A stretch of 64,000 bases of DNA from Amphiscolops sp. MND2022 (taxonomy: Eukaryota). The translations under genes and the position numbers were made by a program. Positions 32,479-42,731 of this stretch are shown in pieces (position 1 is the first letter of the stretch; every line of letters starts with the position of its first letter). The notes beneath the pieces were generated by a model that was given only the letters and a program-made list of their open reading frames with translations, was not told the DNA's origin and made no database searches. The DNA lies in assembly GCA_964187785.1 (NCBI GenBank), contig OZ076410.1, positions 45,694,001-45,758,000 of the forward strand. The letters are read 5' to 3'.

Positions 32479-32936
32479 CCTGAAACAGAAGCGGAGCAGT
32501 ATCGGAAGATCATTTGATTTTTATAAAAAAGAATTCAATTTTAAAAAAAACGATTAAAATTTAAAAGATAAAATTCAGGTGAGAAGGTAATTAAAAAGAA
32601 ATAGGAGTGAAACAACCTGGCTGTGAAGGGGTTGTGTCGGTTGTTGATACTCCTTCTTGTGCCTCGCCGCACCACTGGGTAAAATAAAAGCTCAGGAGCT
32701 GTAATCGTCTATTGAAGCAGCACTAGCATACAATGCCGGCCACTGAAATCCCTATGTAGAATTAGGGCTACCCAATCCAGAGTGTCCGGGCTTACATATC
32801 ACATCTATTTTATAAGTTTATCACAACAATTAGGCTAATTTTGTTGTGAAAAAATTAATTTTTGACAGCCCCTGCCGCTCAAACATCAGAAAACGCTACC
32901 TAGTACTTTCAAGTAAAATAGATATATTATCATTAA

Positions 32937-33403
32937 AAACAAGACGAGAACGTCCAAAGTCGGCGCCATATCTAAGGCTCAAAAAGCGCAAAAAAATTTT
33001 TTTGGAAAAAACCATGAATTTTTGAAAAAAAATTTCTTTCAAAAAAAGTCGCATAGTGCCGAAAAATGTAAAAGGGGGGACCCTTTGTGATGTATTAACA
33101 TACATTCAGTTGCAAAATATGAAAAAACTCGAAGGGGGGACCCTTTTGGAACAATAAAAATTTTTTCGAAAAAAAGTCGCACAGTGCCGAAAATAACCTT
33201 TGGGGACCCTTAGATGATATAAAAACTACTTTTGCGCCAGTATTTTAATTTTGCTAAGTAATAATTGTAAGATTTTGAAAATTGTAAGAATTGTAAGAAA
33301 AGTGGACCACTCAGAGTGAGATTGTCAACTGAAAAAAAAACAAAAAAAACTACTCACTGTAAGAGTCGGGCTTTTTTCCTTAAGGGAAAAGGCGCCGACT
33401 AAT
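32937..33403 (+). mobile_element. DINE/HINE-like non-autonomous element
   Basis: 5' AACAAGACGAGAACGTCCAAAGTCGGCGC; 3' hairpin AGTCGG...GCGCCGACT. Confidence 0.75.
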
Positions 33404-33847
33404 AATACTTCGAGGTGTCGTGAAAAATATCCTGTTCGGCTCCTGTTTCGCATAAACTCGACTAATGAAGTAAGGTGGATTCTCGTAAGCTTCAAAACAT
33501 GCGTCTTCATGAATCAGAATCTGTCGGATTGATCTTCTTTTTCTTCTTTCAGATCACAGTTTGGTATCAAATATTTACTAATTTTGGTGTGAAGACTAAT
33601 TAGATTAATTTATAAACACAACTGCATACTTGTACAGTCGCAGCAATCGTAATAACCAATGACACGGTCGAGTTGAATTGTAGCTTAGATGACTTGGACG
33701 CCGCTACTTGTCAGTTGTAGCCAGCCACCCGGTTTGATGAGTTTTATCAACTTAGTCAGTAAACGAAGAGAGAGCGACGGCACAACTGGAGTGGAACTTC
33801 TTGTCATGGTAAACTTACTTGGCTAATTGTACGTTTTGCCACTCATC

Positions 33848-33940
33848 ATGTCTGTGAGCGAACCGCCCCATAAGTTACCGCCTTCTTCAACCAGCTCTGT
33901 CTTCAGTGTGCACGTCTGCGGTGTTTCTCAACCACAACAG
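33848..33940 (+). CDS. Predicted first coding exon of the RhoGEF/RhoGAP gene
   Basis: ATG...MSVSEPPHKLPPSSTSSVFSVHVCGVSQPQQ, then a phase-0 donor CAG/GTAACA that joins in frame to the exon at 41199. Confidence 0.6.
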
Positions 33941-34663
33941 GTAACATCTATCATTAAAGTACTGTTAAAGCCGAATTCGCCTAATTCGTAATACTAGGGC
34001 AAAAAGAAGCAATGCGAGTAAGGAGAATTAGAAATTAACTGAGTGATATATATTGAAGCCTATTCGAGTGTTTTAGATGATAGATAAATTCGCCTTAATT
34101 AAAATGTTTATATGTTTAATTTAGTTAAAAACTTTATCAAAACTATGACTGTTAGTTATTGTTGTGGTTTCTCCCTCCACCTTTCACCTTTCATTTTGTA
34201 TTATTGCTTTTGTCAATTAGCTGAAGATGAAGCTATTTGTTCGATTTTCCAAATAGATGACTGATGATGAAATTGCATCGAAAACGTTTTCATATTTTAC
34301 ACTAATTTCTTTTTCTTTCATTATTCTTATTAATCCTAAATGGACGATAGTACAATATCGTACCAGTTAGTTTCTGCAAACTTCTGAAGGCACCAGCTGA
34401 ACGTATGGTGAAGAAAACTCTTGAATAAGATTTAATAATCACTTTTCAGGCGATATTACATAGCATTGAACGCCTCTACACGGAATATTGACTTGATGTC
34501 TCCGAAATCAATATAAGATCCGATTCAGAAATCATCCACCTGAAAAGCTATTACAGATTTAAACTTATGAATATCAGCGACATATTCAAGCTCCACCACG
34601 TGAAACAACTCTATTGCTTATTAAATAGTTATGCATGATGCCGAAGATAATTAAATTAAGTAC

Positions 34664-36025
34664 GAGTTCGAGAAAGCAGAAGTTGAAGGCATTCTGCTCA
34701 TTGACGCAAAGAACGCTTTTAACAGTCTGAATCGAGATCTAGCGCTGCGAAACATTGAAAAAATGTGCCCATCAATCGTCACGGCACTAAAAAATTCTTA
34801 CAAGTCACCAACTAGTTTATTCGTCAATGGAAAAACACTGCAATCCCAAGAGGGCACAACCCAGGGAGACCCTCTTGCCATGGCAATGTACGGGATAGCT
34901 ATTTTGCCATTGATTGAACTTGTGCAAAATCCAAAAGTCACTCAAAAATGGTATGCCGACGACGGTAATGTTGCCGGTAGCCTGGACGACCTGAAAGTCG
35001 TACATGATAAGTTGAAACAACACGGCTCGGCGTTCGGATACACACTAACTAAATGCAACATCATTACCAAAACTGAGAATATCAATCAAGCTGAAAAACT
35101 GTTTAACAGCAGCGAAATTGAGATTGTCAAAGGACACCGTGTCCTCGGCTCGGTAATCGGTTCAGAATCATCGTGCAATGAGTACAAACGTCAGAAACAA
35201 AACGAGTACATTGGAGTTGTCGAAAAGCTATCAAAACACGCTAAAACATCGCCACAAAACGCGTACCACTGTTTCGCTAAAGGACTTCAGACAAGTTAAC
35301 ATTCTTATCCCGTACTACACCTGCAATCTTAGGAAATCTTCAAGAAACCGAAAAATTTATTAAGAACAAATTGATACCGGCTTTGACAGGCAAGCAAGAA
35401 GTTTCCGAAGACGACCGCCTCCTGTTTTCTCTACCCGTAAGGGACGGAGGTCTAAGCATAAGTCTACCGGAAGACCGACAGCAAGAAATCAACTGGTCCA
35501 GAGAAATGTCGTCATGTTTAGAAAATGATGATGCGGAACTGCAACAGACTGTTGTGATAAAACAGATTCGAAAAGAGAAATCTTCAAAAATCAAGGAAAA
35601 AATGGCTTTTTTGAAGGACAGACTTCACGAAAACCAACGATACGATTTAGATCTTGCCGCTGAAAAAGGCACCTCGAGTTGGCTGAACACGCTGCCACTG
35701 AAGCGTTATCACTTCGACCTGACAAAAACTGAGTTCCGCGACGGTTTAGCCCTGCGCTATGGCTGGGAACCACTGAAAATACCGGCAATATGTCCATGTG
35801 GAGACACCTTTAGCCTGTCGCATTCCCTCCAATGCACCAAAGGTGGTTACACACAAATGCGACATGACGAAATTCGAGACACTTTCGCCGCCATCATGAA
35901 GGATGTCTGTTTTGATGTCGAAATCGAGCCGAAGCTTCAGCCGTTAGAAGGCGAGTCCTTCGTTCATAAAACCACGACAACTGAAGACGAAGCAAGACTA
36001 GACATTGAAGCCAATGGCCTCTGGG
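34664..36025 (+). mobile_element. Internal fragment of the CRE element, nearly identical to the full copy
   Basis: Matches about 30630-29268 (minus) with roughly ten differences including a 1-bp deletion. Flanked by the direct repeat ATTAAATTAAGTAC at 34650-34663 and 36026-36039. Confidence 0.92.
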
Positions 36026-36039
36026 ATTAAATTAAGTAC

Positions 36040-39000
36040 TACCCTTCTGAAAGACTTTTTGCCGAAAGGTTCTCGACGCCTTCTGTCTTCAGCCAGGTCG
36101 GAGACTGCCCCCCGGCCTATCTGTTTCAGCTATTGTTTGTTGTTGGTGTTGGTTGCCTCTTATCCTGCAACAAATGCCAACCTTCAATTCCTGCTGAAAT
36201 CAGCGATTCAGGAACTCAAAACGCACAAGCAAATTTCCGGACAAATAGAAGATATGCGTCAGGAAATCACACAACTTCGCGAGGCCACTCAGCAAGACGC
36301 AACCACGTCTTACGTCGAGAATTCGTTGGAAGCTTTCAGAACAGAAATACGCGAGTCAATCAAAGAACTCAAAGCACCAAATTCAACGCAGGAATTTTCC
36401 CAAAGTTATGCCACAGTGTCAAAAGTAAATGCTGCAAAGCCAATTTACGTTGCTATCAGGCAAGCAGAAGCAGAACAAAAAGTTCTCAGTGCTGTGAAAA
36501 GGGAGGAAAAAGAAAGAGAAAAGCGGTCGCTCAACATTCGCATCCGGGGTCTAGAGGAATCAGAAAATGATGCTGAAGCATTCAAGGATGTATGTCGCCA
36601 ACTTGGCGTGACCCCTAAGGTCAAGTCAATGACCCGTACTGACAGAAAACCACAAGCGGGACTCAAAGAACCGCAAAATGGCAAAGCAAATACTCAGATG
36701 AACGACAATACATCTCAACCGCCGAAGCACCTCGTTGTGACATTGGAAACGACCAAGAACCGAGCAGAACTACTTAGGGCCTCTCAAAAACTCAAGGGCA
36801 CAAGCTATGACAGAGTTTACATTGATCCTGACTATACACCAGTTGAAGCGAAAGAGCTATTCGACCTTCGAGCTGAATGCCGGAGACGAAATCAATCCTT
36901 ATCTTCCCCTACCGACAGATGGGTAGTATTCAGGAGGCAGATTGTACAGAAGAAGGAACTTCCTTCAAAAGAATTATGACTCAGACATTCACAGACCACG
37001 CAGCCAAAAATGTCAAGTCGGCCAATACACGAAATAAATATCTTCCTTATAAATGTCAGAAGCCTAATAGATGAGAGCCGACGCAGAAACCTATCTGATT
37101 TTGTTGCAAAGAATTCAATCGATATTCTATTTCTAACAGAGACGTGGCTAACAGAAGACTTCAAAGACGCTGAATTGTACCTAAATGGATACACACTGCA
37201 TAGATCTGATCGCCCGCCTACAAAATCTGGTTCTTCTGCTTATGGAGGTGTTCTTATCGCCGTTATTAATAAATTTACATTTACGCCTCTCGTATCGTTC
37301 ACGGGTTGCCTTGCTTCTGGGACCGTCAGCGATGGAAATGTTTCTATTTTTGTAGTAGCGGTTTATAATCCACCACGTGGTAGTGCTTACCGCTTGAAAC
37401 CAACAGAAGCGAAAGCTTTATATGATGAGGTAGTTACCAAAAATATTACCAAGTACAATGCCCATATAATTGCTGGCGACTTCAACCTGCCGACTGTTGA
37501 ATGGTCCACTTGCCATTCCAATGAACCCCTTGAATCAGTCATGACCGATCTATTTTTGGAAGATTTTGAGCAGATCATTGGTTTCCCGACTCGAGGTAAC
37601 AATATCCTCGACCTCGTGTTTTTGAGAGGTGATATCGTAGTCCTGAACAAACAGAAGTTTCATGTACGTCATCTGAAGACAGATCACTCAGCCGTATCTG
37701 TGTCAGTATCTCTCAATAAACCCATTATTGGTGTCTTTCCCGAGAAGAATGAACCTTGCTATAGCTTTTGCAAAGCGGATTGTCCATCAATACTTCAGAG
37801 CATGATATATTAACCTTTTAGACCAGTGTGTTGGTCTAACCCGAACGCCCTCGTAGATGAATGGGAAAAATGGATATGTGGGTTGGTGCAAAACTTTGTG
37901 CCCAGAAGAACAAATCACCGTGCTAACTTGCCTCCGTGGGTCACTCCTGGTACATCTCATCTAATCAAGAAGCTTGCAACGAAACGAAAATTCTTGCCAG
38001 AAGGGAATGGAAGCTATTGCAACTTGTCGCACAAGTCGATAATGCGTTACAGTTTGATAGATCTAATTACGAGGAACAACTATCGTACAGACGTTCTCAA
38101 AACTTTTTCAGACACTTTAGAAACTTAAGATCTAATCAATTTCCTTCAACTATGTACTATGGCGAAATAACGGCTTGTGATGATGCCCAAAAAGCGGACC
38201 TCTTTGCCCAGTATTTTTCATCTGTATTCTCCCCATCTTCTGACTGGAATCCGCCATGTATAGATATCAACACACCTGACAAAACCATTTCCTCCTTTGA
38301 CTGTTCTGAGGAAAGGATCCAATCCATTCTGAAGAACCTCGATGTCTCTAAAAGTTCCGGTATTGACGCTATTCCTGGATGATTCTTGAAGGCAACATCC
38401 TCAGCTGTATCGCACTCTCTTCACCAAATCTTTTCTAAAAATACAACAAACTGCTACCTTCTCAGAAAGCTGGAAAATGGCTGTTGTAACACCAGTCTGG
38501 AAGAAGGGCGACAAAAGAGCAGTAGAAAACCACAGACCAGTATCACTGCTACCAATCGCATCAAAGGCCTTTGAGAGATGCATTTTTATAGATTTATACG
38601 AACACTGCTCGACCTTATTGAACAATGCCCAGTATGGATTCCGCAGACGACGCTCAGCTGTACTACAATTACTTGTTTACATGGAACATCTTTACAAATC
38701 TGTTAAACAAGGTACTGAATTCGAAGTGGTGTACACTGATTTTGAAAAAGCTTTTGACAAAGTTGACCACGGTGTCATTCTTTGCAAGTTATGGCAAATC
38801 GGCGTTAGAGGCAAGCTGTGGATGACAATAAAATCGTATCTACAAAACCGAAGACAGGTTGTCAAAGTTGGCAATTCTTTTTCCAAAATAGTTTGTATGA
38901 CTAGTGGGGTTCCACAAGGCTCACTGCTAGGGCCACTCCTGTTTCTGATACTTATCAATGATCTTCCCGATGTCTGCGCCTCCAGCGATTGCCTCGCATG

Positions 39001-39997
39001 TGGAGATGACGCGAAAATTATAAGCCGTATGGACTCAGCACTGTTTCAAATCGATCTTGAAAATTTCAGTGAGTGGTGCCTAAGGAACGTTATGCCATTT
39101 AATGCCATGAAATGCAAACTTCTGAGCTCTGCTAGCTCACCCAGCGCAATATCGATTTCTAACTTCCCGGTCGAGCCGGTCACCACTCATAAGATCTAGG
39201 CTTGTTCATCAACACTAGCTTAACATGGGATGAGCACATACAATACAAATGTTCCAAAGCAATAAAAGTCTTTTTCATGATTAAACGAAACTCTGCAAAT
39301 CTGTCAATGATAGGCAAAGTAAACTTGTATAAAACTATGATTCTTCCTATCATAACATACGCAAGTCAATGCTGGTATGCTACAACGACTTCATTGCGTA
39401 AACTTGAAGCCTTACAAAGACGAGTTGTTAAATGGATAACGTTTGATGATGATCACCGCAGGGGCCTTATCTCAACAAATCTTCTACCCCTATCACTGTA
39501 CCTACAGTTACTGGACCTCATGATGCTTTCAAAAATTATCAATGGTGGTTGTGACATTAACTACTCTCGTTTCGTCACTGTTACCAATGAGCCAAACAGC
39601 ATTTACCCTACGCGCCTAGGCTTGCGAACTCGGTTCATTATCGAGAAACCACGAACCAGAAAAGAAGTGCTTTTGGTACAGGGCACCAGCCACTGCAAAT
39701 CGAATTGCAACTGCGGTAGACTTCTTCAACGCTGTTAACCTCAAAGCTCGAATTATCAAATACATGTGGCATTATTTCTTATATCGATACCAAGAATGTG
39801 ACTCCGACTCCTGGAGAGTATGACAACCCAGATGATGTCCCTTCACGCTCTTGCAATTACCTTTGCATATATCTCCAAGTCAAGTGCTCGATGTTTCTGA
39901 ACTGACTCCTGCCCTGCCACTATGATGGGACTAAAAATTTAATTTATTCCTGGAGGATACTCCTTGTATTGATTGATACAAAATTCATAATAATAAT
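36040..39997 (+). mobile_element. CR1-group LINE (LINE 2): ORF1 open to 36979, ORF2 from 37010 disrupted by stops and frameshifts
   Basis: ORF1 coiled coil plus NIRIRGLEES...VYIDPDYT; APE motifs INVRSL, LTETW, GDFN, TDH; RT motifs DFEKAFD, GVPQGSLLGP, GDD; (TAA)n tail near 39990. Confidence 0.92.
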
Positions 39998-40839
39998 TGC
40001 TGACTTTGATTCGGTCAAGAACTTTTATGCGCCAGAGAGTTCGGTACGAGTCTTAGAAAGTCCAAAAATAACTGCTTTGGCTCCATAGAGTGAGAATTCT
40101 AATAATATTAATTTAATTTTGTGATTTATTACATTTTTCTTACACCTAGAAAATCACACACAAAGATAGTCGACATTCTTTGCGGAAAAGCTGAATCCCA
40201 TTTAATAATTATTATTGGTTTTCAATAGTAAAGCTCAATGGAAGTGAAATGTCGACTTTTACAAAATTGGCCTGCTTGAAATGATCTCCCATTTTCAAAT
40301 TCAGCAGTGAAAAAATGCGGTCGCTTTTCATACTTTGCAAACCTGCATTTCAACCTAATGAAGCCGAAAGTAGTTGATGAACTACGACTACGAGATTTGC
40401 GCGAAAAATTAAAATTTCTGACACAATGCGTTCTTCGTAGATTTCAAGTACCTGCACTTCAAAATTCCGGATTCCTTTAGAAAATTATGAGTAGCTATTT
40501 GCTTTATCTTTGAAATCTGTGGTTATCATACCCGCAGAAACAATCGCCATTTGAACAGGAACACACCTGTAGTTTCCAACAAAGGCATATCTACAGAAAT
40601 GCATGCCACGAATCTTATTGAAGCACCAGGTTTTTGGATGGATCCGGAAATTTCCTTGTCCATTTAGGGTCAAATACGCAACACTCTTCTATAAATTTCT
40701 TTAAAACAGTCTCCGAAATTAAATTCTAGAATAGTTTCGGGCGGAAAATATCCCCGTACTCAATGGCCATCTGGTTTGTAACAGCATCAACAAACCTGAT
40801 GGACATATCCCTTTAGCATAAGCCAAAACATTATTTTTG

Positions 40840-41060
40840 CTTTTTATCTGGTTTCGATGAGGAGTGTTTTACTTTCTGAGATTGAAAAGTTCTGACGAAA
40901 GCCTGTCGAAGAGCCCATGTTGCAGGAAGGGCATGTCGAAGAAAGTTCGAAGGTTATAAGTGCTACAAGCTGCAGAGCCTCCTTACATGTCACTAACATT
41001 GTAACTAACTGTCCCATAGTAATAGAGATCCGAATCATATCACCCCAAGAGGAGGAAAAA
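40840..41060 (-). repeat. Remnant sharing a 3'-UTR motif with the CRE element
   Basis: CAAGCTGCAGAGCCTCCTTACA-TGTCA(C/G)TAAC occurs near 40966-40998 and near 28676-28710. Confidence 0.5.
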
Positions 41061-41198
41061 ACAATTTAATGTACTTTATTACAATGTAACACTTTGCTCT
41101 TCATGTAAAAATCTAGCAAAGAATTACCCGTATAACCTTGCGTTTGTGATATTTTCTTTATACTTCACTGATAATAAACCCATTTTTGATACTTTTAG

Positions 41199-42212
41199 GT
41201 CATTGTTCGGAATGGGATGAGAGTTCTAGATGTGGTGGCTCATCTGGCACTGGAGAACAAAATGACGTCGTTCGTGGTAATGGATTCTGCTGAGAGGACT
41301 CTGAGTTTGAATATGAAGGCTTCTGCAGTGGGCGGGGACCACATTCTCATTCTCAAGCCCAAGAGTTTCAATAGAGCTAAGAGTTTTGATGACTACGATG
41401 GGCCTGGGCCTTCATTAGCTGAAACTTCCATTAATCAAGTTGATGCCCCAGTTGTCAATCTCGGAAGTGGTTTGTTTTGATTTCAAGTGGATACTGGAGG
41501 TCCAGATAAATCAATCTTATCTATGTGAAAGGATTTCATCAAGTGACGAAATTAGCCGTTTTTACGCCGGTTTGAATGCAAGAGAGGAATCGGTGCATTT
41601 GATAGTCCAGCTTGATGTTTCCATTTTTCATATTTTGATTCTATTTGAAGTTTGCTTGAAAACCAAAACATTCACAAATTATCGAAAGGCTCAAAGCGGA
41701 CCCGACACGACTGGTCTCCCGCCATGCACGCTAAACACTTGGACACGTTTCGTACTAAATTGTCGACTAAAAACGAATGCTCAGAGTTGGTAAAGGAAGT
41801 ACACTCAACTCAGCTTATAACGATTGCCCGGGGACGGGCGTTTTTTAATCGTTATATCCGAATATCGTTATAGGCAAAAATCGTTATATACTAGCATCGT
41901 TGCCGGGACCGTGAAACTTTATCGCTATAGCCGGAATATCGTTATAAACGTAATCATAAACGGAGTTGAGTGTATATCCTCAATTAAAAATCCTCTCGTC
42001 TATATATAAAGTTTTTGGATCATTAGTTTTCCAGATCATGATTACTGGCTCAGTTTTATTCATTGAAATTTCAGGTTGTCATTTTTAGTGCCGAAGTCAG
42101 TGGAGCTTCCAGTGCCTCCATATTTGAAGACGGCTGAGCAACAGTTGGTGAAGGAAGAATTGTTTCTGAAAAATTTGGAAATGCTCTTGGACCATTATTG
42201 TCCGTTGTTAGA
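41199..42212 (+). CDS. RhoGEF/RhoGAP gene exons 41199-41469 (RBD-like) and 42089-42212 (start of the DH domain)
   Basis: AG/GT boundaries are phase-consistent. Translations: VIVRNGMRVLDVVAHLALE...HILIL and KTAEQQLVKEELFLKNLEMLLDHYCPLL. Confidence 0.75.
41802..41972. mobile_element. Tc1/mariner(pogo)-type MITE
   Basis: TIR CACTCAACTC / GAGTTGAGTG with TA on both sides and internal ATCGTTATA repeats. Confidence 0.8.
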
Positions 42213-42731
42213 GTGAGTTCATTCACTGATTTTTTCTATTAAAGTTTCGAGTCTCGAAAAAATAGAATACGCTTATTTCGATCATTTTGTACTGTTTTGT
42301 GGTAGTTGAAGTCGCATAACTGATGGAAGTGAGTTATTACAGCTGGAGATATCTGGCATTTTTTGAACGAAAAAAGTTTTTCAAATTTTGGCGCGATGTT
42401 TTCATATAAATAGTTATGATAATTCCAGTGAATAATTCAAATTCAATTTTGTATGAATTGATATTTTTTGATCTTTTCTTGAAGAGATCACAATTTTGGA
42501 AGCACAATTCTTAATTTTTATTTTCCCAGGATCTTGTACCTTGTCTGATTTATTTACAGATTTGCTATCTATGTTATATCCCTGATTAAGTGTAAAATTT
42601 ATGGTAAACGTATCGAAAACGTAGTTTTCCCCATTTATTGAGATTTATGCATGATTTAAACATTGTGCAGAGTATGCTTTGGCATGTTCGTGTTAAATTT
42701 TTGCTATACTTTGACAAGATTTCGTTTGCAG

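Larger units (their letters stand above)
28507..32840 (-). mobile_element. Full-length CRE-clade non-LTR retrotransposon
   Basis: TSD of about 14 bp (TTGTTGTGAAAAAA at 28493-28506 and 32841-32854), AATAAA and an A-rich 3' tail, and an intact RT-RLE ORF. Confidence 0.9.
28181..32874. mobile_element. hAT-type MITE (arms 28181-28506 and 32841-32874) hosting a CRE retrotransposon
   Basis: Perfect TIR CAGGGGCTGTCAAAAATTAATT and 8-bp TSD CCGCTCAA at 28173-28180 and 32875-32882. Confidence 0.92.

Noticed and set aside
32690-32800. HDV-like or hammerhead ribozyme at the CRE 5' end
   Set aside because: Some hairpins are present, but I could not fit either catalytic core by eye.
36005-36100. CRE-LINE ORF1 fusion protein (324-aa ORF starting inside the CRE fragment)
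   Set aside because: The listed start is a chance non-ATG codon in a non-coding frame of the fragment.
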